Positions 15,657-24,851 of a DNA stretch of 64,000 bases are shown here, piece by piece. The notes under the pieces are model-generated. The model saw nothing but the letters and a program-made list of their open reading frames with translations, was not told where the DNA came from and searched no databases. The translations under genes and the position numbers were made by a program. Source of the DNA: an uncultured Verrucomicrobiota bacterium. GTDB taxonomy: Bacteria > Verrucomicrobiota > Kiritimatiellia > CAIKKV01 > CAITUY01. The stretch spans positions 2,762 to 66,761 of the forward strand of contig CAZDUS010000004.1 in the NCBI GenBank assembly GCA_964508705.1. The letters run 5' to 3'. Position 1 is the first letter of the stretch, and each line of letters opens with the position of its first letter.

Positions 15657-16514
15657 TTACCGATTGTGCACTGCGCCGCGCTGGCGTTCCTCATCGCTTA
15701 ACCCGGCATTCATACTGCCTGTCCGATACCCCTCCAAATCCACCGACGCATAGGTGAATCCCGCCGACTTGGCCGCTGTCACAACCCGCGCACGAATCTC
15801 CGGCCGGCACAACATCTCCAGCGATCCGACATCCACTTCAATCCGCGCCACTTCACCGTGATGTCTCACGCGAAGCTGTATAAATCCCAGCTCGCGCAAA
15901 ACAGTCTCCACCTGATCCACCGCCTGCAATCGTTCCGGAGTGATCCGCGTGCCATAAGGAATCCTAGACGCCAAACAAGCCAGCGACGGCTTGTCCGCTG
16001 TCGGCAACCCCATCAACCGCGACAACACCCGCACATCATCCTTCGTTAGTTCCGCCTCCAACAACGGACTCCGCATTCCCCCCTCTCGAGCGGCACGCCG
16101 CCCAGGCCGGTGATCACAAAGATCATCCATAGTTGTCCCATCCGCAATTGTGCTCAACCCCTGCGCTGCCGCCGTCTTCTGCACCAGATCCACCAGTTCC
16201 TTTTTGCAGTAATAGCATCGGTCGGATGGATTCTCGACAAAGTGCGGATCATCCAATTCATGGGACTCAAACTCGACGTGCCGAATCCCGATACGTTTAG
16301 CCAATTCCAACGCCTCTTTCTGCTCCCATGCCGGATAGGTGGGTGATAGCGCTGTGATCGCCAGCGCCTTATCACCCAACACCTTCACTGCCACCGCCGC
16401 CAGAAAAGTGCTGTCCACCCCGCCGGAAAAGGCGACCGCCATTCCTCCCGTCGCCCGAATTACTTCCTCAAGCCGATGATACTTGTCATCCAATAGATTA
16501 TTTCCCGTCTTCAC
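15657..16514 (-). CDS. larE: LarE, ATP-dependent sulfur transferase for nickel-pincer cofactor synthesis (PP-loop ATPase)
   Basis: PP-loop AFSGGVDSTFL, CYYCK and KPSLACLASRIPYG motifs. GTG start. Overlaps the upstream pseudopilin gene by 17 nt. Confidence 0.8.
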   Translation of the reverse strand: MKTGNNLLDDKYHRLEEVIRATGGMAVAFSGGVDSTFLAAVAVKVLGDKALAITALSPTYPAWEQKEALELAKRIGIRHVEFESHELDDPHFVENPSDRCYYCKKELVDLVQKTAAAQGLSTIADGTTMDDLCDHRPGRRAAREGGMRSPLLEAELTKDDVRVLSRLMGLPTADKPSLACLASRIPYGTRITPERLQAVDQVETVLRELGFIQLRVRHHGEVARIEVDVGSLEMLCRPEIRARVVTAAKSAGFTYASVDLEGYRTGSMNAGLSDEERQRGAVHNR

Positions 16515-16935
16515 GCTGTTTCACTCCTCCGCCATTCTGCTCCTGCCTGCCCTGCACATAAACACTCACCACCGGGGCAGGCTTGTTGGTTGAACTCAAA
16601 CTCCACGCTTTCCACGCCCCCCCGCCTGTTAAGCCCGCTGATGCCACTTGCGGAACCCATCCAGCCGCTTCGACCTCTTCCTTGATCGCGTCGTCATCCG
16701 CGCCGAGAAAAGACAAAGCCGCCACATTACACAATTCCGTCACCGCGTCATCAAGCCCCTTCGACATCGAACCCGCACGCAAAGTGCCCACATGCACCCG
16801 CATAAGCACCGTCACCACAACGACTAAAACCGTCAACGCCACCAGAACTTCTGGCAACGAAAACGCGGCCTTACAAGTTGGCGCTGGTAATATCCGCGGC
16901 TTCACCCTTGCCCCCTTCTTCGCCATCACCACCAT
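16498..16935 (-). CDS. Prepilin-type N-terminal cleavage/methylation domain protein (minor pseudopilin)
   Basis: ...KAA/FSLPEVLVALTVLVVVVTVL with Glu at +5. The start is ambiguous (ATG 16935 or 16926, GTG 16905). Overlaps the gspG stop. Confidence 0.6.
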   Translation of the reverse strand: MVVMAKKGARVKPRILPAPTCKAAFSLPEVLVALTVLVVVVTVLMRVHVGTLRAGSMSKGLDDAVTELCNVAALSFLGADDDAIKEEVEAAGWVPQVASAGLTGGGAWKAWSLSSTNKPAPVVSVYVQGRQEQNGGGVKQREDGK

Positions 16936-17302
16936 AACACAGGATCTCGAAAACTTCGTTGTTCCGGCCTGGAATCAAATATACATAAGGCCGCTCCCAT
17001 GGATCTTTAGGAACCGTGCGTTGCTCTAAATAACCTTCCTCAGGATAATTCTCTGGAATTGGCGGAATCGTCGGCGCCATGCATAAAGCCTCTAATCCTT
17101 GCGCCTGATTCGGCAGTTGTCCGTGCGCCGCACGGTACATTTGCATAGCCGTCTGAAAGGTCTTGATCTGCGCGCGTGCGGCCTCCACTTTGGCTTTCCT
17201 TACATATTGATACAGGGACAAACCGACAACGCCGGACAGGATGCTGACAATCAGCATCGCGATCAGAATCTCAAGAAACGTAAATCCGCTTTTTTCTCTC
17301 AT
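16871..17302 (-). CDS. gspG: Type II secretion major pseudopilin GspG (copy 1)
   Basis: MREKSG/FTFLEILIAMLIV prepilin leader, a DPWERPYVY motif and a ...GGDGEEGG... tail. ATG at 17302 with GGGGAG upstream is preferred over the GTG at 17320. Confidence 0.85.
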   Translation of the reverse strand: MREKSGFTFLEILIAMLIVSILSGVVGLSLYQYVRKAKVEAARAQIKTFQTAMQMYRAAHGQLPNQAQGLEALCMAPTIPPIPENYPEEGYLEQRTVPKDPWERPYVYLIPGRNNEVFEILCYGGDGEEGGKGEAADITSANL

Positions 17303-17325
17303 AGCGCTCACTCCCCTCATTACAC

Positions 17326-19554
17326 TTAATTCTCTCCCGCTTCTTCTCCGCCCAGCGCACCGCCGCAGAACTTTTCATAAAGCGCGTCCAATTTCGACAC
17401 ATAATAGGCCACATTCTCGTCTCGCTCAAAGGGATTCCACCCTGAGACCAATCTGGAACTGGAATGAACCGGCACACTCTTGCGGGACCCTGTCACATAA
17501 TACGACACCTGATCACCCGCCCGGTATTCCCGTCCTGACGCCAGCGCCAATTCATACGCCGCATTGCGTGCACGGCTCTTCTGGCCAATTTTTCCAGCAT
17601 ACGTCGCCAGGGAATCCTGCAAGGTCTCGGTCTTGGCAAACAGCGTCACCGGCCAAACCCGATTCACAATGTCATGCTCGTACTGCGCTTTCAACGCTGG
17701 AAGCGCATCATCCCGCCCTTCAAGCTTCAACCGGATCAACTCCTTAAGAAACTTGCGCTGGAACGGCTCAAGCCCGCGAGACTTCAGCGCCGCCCCTTTG
17801 ATAATGATCCCGCCGCCTCTTTCCAGCAGGGCATAGTTCTTAACCTTGTAACTGAACATGGCGGCATACTCGCCATCAAACTCAACTTCAAGGCCCGGCG
17901 GCAATGCCTTTTCAAATTTCAGCCTGAACGCATCCCGCGCCGGGACATCCTCAAACGATGGCGGAATGAAATAGATTCCATCCGTATCCATCTCCACCGG
18001 ACGCGCCCCGTTTGACTCCAGCCAATTAATCATGAATCGTAAAAGATCGCGCCCTTCGGACGCCACGCGCTCTGCCGCATCGAAATCACTGAATCGCGCC
18101 TGATCAAACCCAAGGTATCCATAGAAGGAATTTATCAGCACCTTGAAGGTGGTCTGGAGCGCCTCGTGATGCAGCCGCTCCCCCTCCGTCTTCGCGGCCC
18201 TCGCCGCCCCTTTTGCCTCCAACCTGAATTGTCTCAGTCTAATCAGCAATTGCAGAAACACTCCCAACACATCATGCCGGGGCCCGATACGCCTCGCCAG
18301 CATCAGCGAGGGATACAACGACCGGATATCGCAATGATGAACGTTTTGCAAAACACCTTGCAGATACATGTCCGCATAACCACCGGCAAACGGTCGCGCG
18401 CGGTCAGGCGCCGGCAAACTGTGTCCTTGCCGGAAGTACTCACGCAATATCAATGCATCAATCCGAGTCGCATTTCCGCGCACGCAAATATTCTGGTACG
18501 AAAACGGGATCACCTGGGCCTGCGCAAAGGCGCTTTGCGACAAAAGCCTGCTGAGCGCCTCTGTCTCCCTCACGTCATCCCCTGCATAGCTCATCACCTT
18601 CGAGGGATCCCTCCTGAACTCTGCGGATATCTCTGAACCCTCAATATGCACACGTCCCGGACGCGATAGGCCAAAATGCTTGGCAACCGATTTCAACCCA
18701 TGCGATTCCAGCGAGCGATGCGTTACATCATAGGCATGCACCAGAAACATCGTGTCCACCACATGCCGCCCAAACACATCAAATCTAGTGTAGGCAATCG
18801 TCCGCTCTCCGACCGAAAAACGACTAGGCCTGGTCTCGGGAACACTTCCATTCCGCCCAAGCGTCAACTTCACCCCATGTCTCTTGGCCCGTACATTCAA
18901 ATACGGCAGGTCAAAATTAAAGATGTTGTGACCCTCGATGACATCCGGATCGCGCTCCTGAACCAAGGCCACAAATTGGCCAATCAAAGACCGCTCGTCC
19001 AATTCGGCACCCGAAAGCACAATGGTCCAACCCTTGTTATCCGACAAGGCGATCGCAATGATCCGGTCCCCTTCCCGCTCCGCATTGCAAAACTCAAATC
19101 CTTCCGATGTGTAACACTCAATGTCTACCTGCATGCGGCGCACATCATCAAACCGGAGCCCCTTGAATAAAGTTCGCCCGGAGAACATCAGGTATTGCTG
19201 AACAGGATCGTTGATCAGGAAATAAGGCGCGTCAGGATGCCCGGCGGCCTTGCCGGTCGCTTTACCCAGCCACATCTTGGCCTTCATGCAGGCTTTCCAC
19301 GTCTTAAATCTCATCCTCCACCGGAACGACAGGGAGCCCTGTAACTCTTCAATCTCACCATCAACAGGCATCCCCTCGATTAAACCGCGATCCACTAGGA
19401 ACAGAAATGGCGAGAATGTATCCCGGGTTTGGATAATCTCTTTTTGCCGGGTAAACAGGACAACGGAATCCCCTGCGCGAGCGTCTTCCAAATGCTCAAC
19501 GGCAACCAGCCCCGCATCCTGATTCGCACCTGAAAGAAGAGGTTCTTGAAGCAT
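17326..19554 (-). CDS. polB: Family B DNA polymerase (Pol II-like) with an intact 3-prime-5-prime exonuclease domain
   Basis: Exo I VDIE, Exo II NIFNFDLPYL, Exo III YAGDDV. Polymerase motif A DIRSLYPS, motif B KVLINSFYGYLG, motif C MDTDGIY. Confidence 0.85.
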   Translation of the reverse strand: MLQEPLLSGANQDAGLVAVEHLEDARAGDSVVLFTRQKEIIQTRDTFSPFLFLVDRGLIEGMPVDGEIEELQGSLSFRWRMRFKTWKACMKAKMWLGKATGKAAGHPDAPYFLINDPVQQYLMFSGRTLFKGLRFDDVRRMQVDIECYTSEGFEFCNAEREGDRIIAIALSDNKGWTIVLSGAELDERSLIGQFVALVQERDPDVIEGHNIFNFDLPYLNVRAKRHGVKLTLGRNGSVPETRPSRFSVGERTIAYTRFDVFGRHVVDTMFLVHAYDVTHRSLESHGLKSVAKHFGLSRPGRVHIEGSEISAEFRRDPSKVMSYAGDDVRETEALSRLLSQSAFAQAQVIPFSYQNICVRGNATRIDALILREYFRQGHSLPAPDRARPFAGGYADMYLQGVLQNVHHCDIRSLYPSLMLARRIGPRHDVLGVFLQLLIRLRQFRLEAKGAARAAKTEGERLHHEALQTTFKVLINSFYGYLGFDQARFSDFDAAERVASEGRDLLRFMINWLESNGARPVEMDTDGIYFIPPSFEDVPARDAFRLKFEKALPPGLEVEFDGEYAAMFSYKVKNYALLERGGGIIIKGAALKSRGLEPFQRKFLKELIRLKLEGRDDALPALKAQYEHDIVNRVWPVTLFAKTETLQDSLATYAGKIGQKSRARNAAYELALASGREYRAGDQVSYYVTGSRKSVPVHSSSRLVSGWNPFERDENVAYYVSKLDALYEKFCGGALGGEEAGEN

Positions 19555-19635
19555 TACTATACCTTGTCATCCACGTCCGGCGAGCAATCTGCGTCTTGCC
19601 AATAACCAGAACCCTGCCGGATCAAGTCACTCGCC

Positions 19636-21903
19636 TTACATTTGGTTTTTATCGGCGCTACCCACGCGGAGATTCGGGAAAGCCGTGAGCCACAACTGGA
19701 ACGTTAACCGATAGTCATCCTCTCGAACGGTGCCATCCTCGCGGGTATAACTCGGCAAATAACTTCCGCCAACCCGGAAGCCAAGACAATCCAGCTTTCG
19801 TGTCAGGTATAGCCCTTGCTCCTCGAGACGCGCTTGTTCAAATTCATAACGATCATATATCCCGAATGCCCAGCTTTGATTCGGCGCGTATCCCAGGTCA
19901 ATCCCCAACAGGTTGCTGTCCTCGACATGATATCTGTGCTCAATATCCGTCGTCCATCGGACTCCACGAAATCGCGCCCGGGTATTAAAGGTATCAAGAT
20001 TCGCCTCCACGGTGTCGTAGGCTCCATCCATGAACATTTGGAAGCCATCGGCGAAATTGAATTCAGCCTCCGCCTCCACCATTGAAATTGGCTCATCCTC
20101 GGCATCCAGGTCATAAGTCGTGAATAGATCCAGATCCATGATGTTCTTCACGCGGCCCACTCGCTTTGTCTGGTAATAATTACGCATACCAAACTTCACG
20201 CTGTTATCCTCACCCAGCCGGTCAATGGAGTCGAACTGGTAAATGTTTTCCGGAGTCAGATTTGGCTCGGGAATAAACGTGTAATTGGCGTACGGCTCAA
20301 ACACGTGCCTTAACCCGGACCCGAACATATTCTCTTCGTTGCTCACTATCTTGAAGGCGCGGAAAGATGTCTCCAGCCCAAGTTCGAACAACGATCTCAC
20401 ATCGCTCCCAAGAGATGTGGCGGTCTTGACTTTGTTTGTCTGGGTCTGCGTAACCAACACCGGCGTGGTGCTACCACCCGACCCGGACACCATATTCGTG
20501 GTCACCACATTGACCATCTGTGTCATTGTATTCCACTGCACAGTCTCGGAATAATAGGTCGCCCTATAACCGGTCCTCGGAATCAAGTTAAGAAATCCAT
20601 AATGCCGCGAGGGGTAGAAAATCATATGATCCGTATCCATCCGTCCGGCGGAATAGTCCTCCAGATCCTCATCCACTTCGAACGCTTTGTTGAGGAATGA
20701 AACCGAATTCCGGGATTCATAATAGACAGAGGATTCTCCAACCTGAATGCGGCTAACATCCAAGAACGCCTCAGGCAGTCTCTCAACGGTGGTGTAAAAA
20801 TCATTCAACCGCTTATAGGTCGACAATCCCATGGTCATGTCCTCGCCACGGTGGGTCACCGTTGCAAAGTTTTGCGGCTGATAATTAGACCTGTATTCGT
20901 CCTCGAAAAAATCCTCCAGGAGAAATTCATCACTCAGGTAATTAGCGTCCATCAGGAAGTAATCACGGGGACTCAGGTTTTGAGCATGGGCAAGGCGCAG
21001 TCGATACCGTTGCTCGTCCACCTTGCTCCGGTCCTCGCCATCATAATCCTCTGCGGCCCCACGATCGTTTGCGAAGTACCCGTAAACTTTCCCCTCACCG
21101 GCATCCTTGTTCAGGCGCCAGCCTACTTCCTGCCCTATCGCCGGACCTCGCTCGGTGCGGTAATCAACCTGTGTATCCCCTCGCAGGTGGGGAGTCATCC
21201 AATACTTTGTGCTCGTTAACACAAAGAAACCCATCCGGCTTTGCTGTCCCGCCTCGGCGCTAAACCCAACCGACCGGTCGCTGAGCGACCGATAAACCCA
21301 CGGCAAATAAAACACCGGTATCCCACCAAAACGCAACACCCCGCCCCGCGCCGTCAAATCGCGTCCAGGAGCGACCTGCATCTGGCGACAAGAGAGAGAA
21401 TAATGGCAGTTCGAAGCGTCATTCGTACAAGTGGTAATAACGGCCCGATCCAACACATAATCCGTCTCATTGGTCCGACGGGCTGCCTCAGCTTTGACGC
21501 GAAATGGATCAAAAAACGACTCAAAGGCCCCAGTACGCCAGGCGCCGGTGCTGAAGTTATAGTTCAGCGACGCCCCGCGCCATACATTCTTCCCCTGGGT
21601 GAACACGACATTCCCATTGGCTTGGGCTTCTTGTGTTTTCGTATCCAAGGCGATCGAATCCGCCCGAAGTTCGTCATTCCCCGACCGGATGACCACATTG
21701 CCCGTGGCATAAATGACATCCCGCGCCTTATTGTACTCCATGCTCTTCGCGCTGATATCCACCGGCACGGCAGACGTCGATGCCGTCGCAAGGGGCTGTG
21801 TCATGCCAAACGCCCTTGCCGGATTCAGCGGCATAGGAGCCGCCTCTGTCGCCATGACCCCGGCAACTAAACCGATAATCGCCAACGCAGTTTTCTTCGC
21901 CAT
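19636..21903 (-). CDS. lptD: LPS-assembly outer-membrane protein LptD (OstA family)
   Basis: Signal peptide MAKKTALAIIGLVAGVMATEA. OstA-like N-terminus (ATGNVVIRSGNDELRADSIALD...ANGNVVF). Long beta-rich C-terminus rich in aromatic residues. Confidence 0.7.
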   Translation of the reverse strand: MAKKTALAIIGLVAGVMATEAAPMPLNPARAFGMTQPLATASTSAVPVDISAKSMEYNKARDVIYATGNVVIRSGNDELRADSIALDTKTQEAQANGNVVFTQGKNVWRGASLNYNFSTGAWRTGAFESFFDPFRVKAEAARRTNETDYVLDRAVITTCTNDASNCHYSLSCRQMQVAPGRDLTARGGVLRFGGIPVFYLPWVYRSLSDRSVGFSAEAGQQSRMGFFVLTSTKYWMTPHLRGDTQVDYRTERGPAIGQEVGWRLNKDAGEGKVYGYFANDRGAAEDYDGEDRSKVDEQRYRLRLAHAQNLSPRDYFLMDANYLSDEFLLEDFFEDEYRSNYQPQNFATVTHRGEDMTMGLSTYKRLNDFYTTVERLPEAFLDVSRIQVGESSVYYESRNSVSFLNKAFEVDEDLEDYSAGRMDTDHMIFYPSRHYGFLNLIPRTGYRATYYSETVQWNTMTQMVNVVTTNMVSGSGGSTTPVLVTQTQTNKVKTATSLGSDVRSLFELGLETSFRAFKIVSNEENMFGSGLRHVFEPYANYTFIPEPNLTPENIYQFDSIDRLGEDNSVKFGMRNYYQTKRVGRVKNIMDLDLFTTYDLDAEDEPISMVEAEAEFNFADGFQMFMDGAYDTVEANLDTFNTRARFRGVRWTTDIEHRYHVEDSNLLGIDLGYAPNQSWAFGIYDRYEFEQARLEEQGLYLTRKLDCLGFRVGGSYLPSYTREDGTVREDDYRLTFQLWLTAFPNLRVGSADKNQM

Positions 21904-22011
21904 TGATCGTTCCCTGCACATCATTCGCTTATGGATCGGAAATGCCCTGAACCATACACATTCCCGCCCGTCGACACCAGTGCGAAGCGCAATGTTTCCC
22001 GCTTCCCGCTA

Positions 22012-23604
22012 TTACCCGTTCTTCGGTGTTGAATACATCATTTCACCCGTGTCGGCATTGCGAATTTCAAACTCCTCCACATGCCGCCCAGGGTCCGCTC
22101 GGAAACTAAGATATCCGGTAAACTTGGTCTCCAAGTCCATGAGTATAGCCTCGTCCTCCTTGCGCAACCGCTCCAGAACTGTCGGATGCACAATGATCTG
22201 CAACTTCCGGTCCTGCCCCCCGGACTTGAACCGCCTCATGACCGATACGATCTGCCGCTGGATCTCGACGCTCATCGACAAAGATGACTTCACACTTCCA
22301 CGCCCATTACAATATGGACAATCCACATACATGGAAGACAGAATGCCCTCATCAACACGTTGCCGGGTCATTTCCAACAACCCGAGATTGGATATCGGCA
22401 GGACATTCGTCTTGGCCTTATCTCGACACAATGCGTCCTTTAAAGTCTTGTAGACGGCGTTACGGTTCCGCTTCTGCTTCATGTCAATAAGATCGATGAC
22501 AATCAAGCCGCCAATATTCCTCAGCCTCAATTGACGGGCCACCTCCTCGGCTGCCTCCGTATTGACTTCCAGAATCACATCTTCCTGTGTCTGCCCACCC
22601 TTGTGCCGTCCCGTATTCACATCCACTGCAATCAAGGCTTCCGTCTCATCGAAGATGATATACCCCCCGGATTTGAGCATGACCTTGCGAGCAAATGCGT
22701 TTTCCAACTGCCGCTCAATGTTGAAATGCTCAAATATTGGAACCGAGCCCTCGTACTGCTGAATACGCGAGCGAACCCGTCGCGAAATGCGCGAAGTCAA
22801 ATCACGAAGGCGTTCGAATTTCTTTGGATCGTCCACCACAATCCTGTCGATATCCTCCGTCAGCCAGTCACGAACAACCCTCTCTACCAGGTCTAATTCC
22901 TCGTACAGGCAACAGGGCGCCGCCTTCTCGCGAATGCCGCGCTGAATCTCATCCCACACATCCACCAGCGCCCGCATGTCACGCACAAAACTCCTTTGCT
23001 TGGCTCCCTGCCCCGCCGTCCTCACGATCAACCCCACCCCGTCCGGCGTTGGCAACCGCGCCAGCACCTTCTTGAGCCTCAGCCGCTCCTTCTCATCCTC
23101 GATTTTCTTTGAAACCCCTTTGAGATTGCTGCCGGGCATCATCACCAAATATCGCCCAGGAATACTGAGATTCGCCGTAACCCTCGGCCCTTTCGTGCTT
23201 ATCGGCCCCTTGGTCACCTGCACCATGATCTCAGACCCAACCGGAAATTGGCGGGCAATCTCCTCGCTCGTGTAACGCTTCTTCTTCTGGGCAATGGAAC
23301 GTATCGTGATCTCTTCAGCCTCTTCAAGCCTTGCCGCATCTTCAGGAATCATGTCCCAATAATGCAGAAACGCGTTCTTCTTGAGGCCAATATCCACAAA
23401 GGCCGCCTGCAGGCCGTCTTCAAGATTCCGCACAACGCCTTTATAGATGCCGCCGACAATGCGCTCCTCCGAGGGATGCTCCACTTGGAACTCTTCCAGC
23501 TTCCCGTTCTCCAAAACCGCCACCCGAGTCTCCAAACTCTCGGCATTAACCACAATCTCGCGCTTGAATGTCTTCCGTCCAAATCGAATACCAAACATAA
23601 ACAT
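22012..23604 (-). CDS. rng: Rne/Rng family ribonuclease (RNase G-like)
   Basis: S1 domain GGIYKGVVRNLEDGLQAAFVDIG, a catalytic core ...IAVDVNTG... and a CPYCNGRG zinc link. ATG at 23604 with GGGAAGGA upstream is preferred over the TTG at 23658. Confidence 0.85.
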   Translation of the reverse strand: MFMFGIRFGRKTFKREIVVNAESLETRVAVLENGKLEEFQVEHPSEERIVGGIYKGVVRNLEDGLQAAFVDIGLKKNAFLHYWDMIPEDAARLEEAEEITIRSIAQKKKRYTSEEIARQFPVGSEIMVQVTKGPISTKGPRVTANLSIPGRYLVMMPGSNLKGVSKKIEDEKERLRLKKVLARLPTPDGVGLIVRTAGQGAKQRSFVRDMRALVDVWDEIQRGIREKAAPCCLYEELDLVERVVRDWLTEDIDRIVVDDPKKFERLRDLTSRISRRVRSRIQQYEGSVPIFEHFNIERQLENAFARKVMLKSGGYIIFDETEALIAVDVNTGRHKGGQTQEDVILEVNTEAAEEVARQLRLRNIGGLIVIDLIDMKQKRNRNAVYKTLKDALCRDKAKTNVLPISNLGLLEMTRQRVDEGILSSMYVDCPYCNGRGSVKSSLSMSVEIQRQIVSVMRRFKSGGQDRKLQIIVHPTVLERLRKEDEAILMDLETKFTGYLSFRADPGRHVEEFEIRNADTGEMMYSTPKNG

Positions 23605-23672
23605 TATTTCCTTCCCTTCATTTCCTATGACCAAACCCCTGGTGAAGCGCGCCTCCAAGGCGCCGCTTCATC

Positions 23673-24851
23673 TCACAGGCCGGGTCTTCTCACATAAACA
23701 CTTTGCACAAATCCCAAGGCGATCAGGGTAATAACCATGAACGTCCCGCCGTAACTAACCAACGGTAGAGGAATGCCAACGACCGGCAGCACCCCGATCG
23801 TCATCGCCATATTTACAAACGCATGGGTAAACACCATCGTGATGACCCCCACGCATAACAATCTCCCCATCTTATCTCTTGCCAACATTGCCGAATACAG
23901 GCCGCATAAAGCTAGGATTCCATATAATCCCACCACCGTCATCGATCCCGCAAACCCGGTTTCCTCCGCAATCACGGAAAAAATGAAGTCTGTCGGTGCC
24001 ACGGTTCTGGGCAAAAACCCAAGAATATTCTGCGTCCCGCTCCGAAAACCTTTCCCTGTCAGGCCACCCGACCCGACAGCAATCTCTGATTGTCGTTTAT
24101 TCCAGCCCGTCCCCATCGGGTCCTTGTCAGGATCCAGAAACACCTCGATCCGATCCCGTTGATACTCGGTCAGATGGATTGCCTTGAAAAAGCGATCCTG
24201 CTTCTCCTCCGAAATCCCTATCTTCTCCGGTAACGCCACGACGCCAAGCACAATAAACACTACCGCCAACCCGCTCATCACCAACCCCATCATTGGCCTT
24301 GCCGACGCGCCTGCGGCAAACAACATCCCCATCACCACCGGCAAAAACACTAACGCACTGCCCAAATCCGGCTCCTTCATCACCAGCAACATCGGGATTC
24401 CCACCAGAAGGAATATCCATCCGATTGAAGGCAGTCTTCCATACTTTTCCGCTGGCGGACTCAAAAGAGTGGCCGATAAAATAATCATCGCCACTTTCGC
24501 CAATTCCGACGGCTGTATCCCTACCCCGAAAAACATCAACCATCGACGTGCCCCATAGATCCGGGTCCCAAAAAACAACACCGCAACCAGCAGAATCACC
24601 GCCAAGACATACCCCCACCACGCCACGTCACGGAGCCTCCGGTAATCAAACAGCGTGGCCGCCACATACCCGCCTAGTCCTGCGATAGCCCAAAGCAATT
24701 GCTTCTGGTATAGCGTGGCTGTCACATCCTCGCGCACATAAGTCGCGCTGTTGATAAACAGAATCCCAACAGTGATCAATGCCAGCATGGCCGCCAACAT
24801 TAGCCAGTTCATGCGCATAAGCAGTTGAAAATGGTTGCCCCGCTCGCTCAT
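23673..24851 (-). CDS. rodA: Rod shape-determining protein RodA (SEDS family)
   Basis: FtsW/RodA/SpoVE-like multi-TM protein (...QPSELAK..., ...GLPLPLVSYGGT...). Lies in the mre/mrd cluster. Confidence 0.9.
   Translation of the reverse strand: MSERGNHFQLLMRMNWLMLAAMLALITVGILFINSATYVREDVTATLYQKQLLWAIAGLGGYVAATLFDYRRLRDVAWWGYVLAVILLVAVLFFGTRIYGARRWLMFFGVGIQPSELAKVAMIILSATLLSPPAEKYGRLPSIGWIFLLVGIPMLLVMKEPDLGSALVFLPVVMGMLFAAGASARPMMGLVMSGLAVVFIVLGVVALPEKIGISEEKQDRFFKAIHLTEYQRDRIEVFLDPDKDPMGTGWNKRQSEIAVGSGGLTGKGFRSGTQNILGFLPRTVAPTDFIFSVIAEETGFAGSMTVVGLYGILALCGLYSAMLARDKMGRLLCVGVITMVFTHAFVNMAMTIGVLPVVGIPLPLVSYGGTFMVITLIALGFVQSVYVRRPGL

Noticed and set aside
17326-19554. Family B polymerase as a marker of a self-replicating mobile element (casposon or pipolin-like).
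   Set aside because: There is no integrase, Cas1, terminal repeats or tRNA-flanked boundaries. The neighbours are lptD and pseudopilin genes on the same strand.
23605-23658. Longer rng ORF start in the supplied track.
   Set aside because: The codon at 23658 is TTG with no SD, whereas the ATG at 23604 follows GGGAAGGAAATA.
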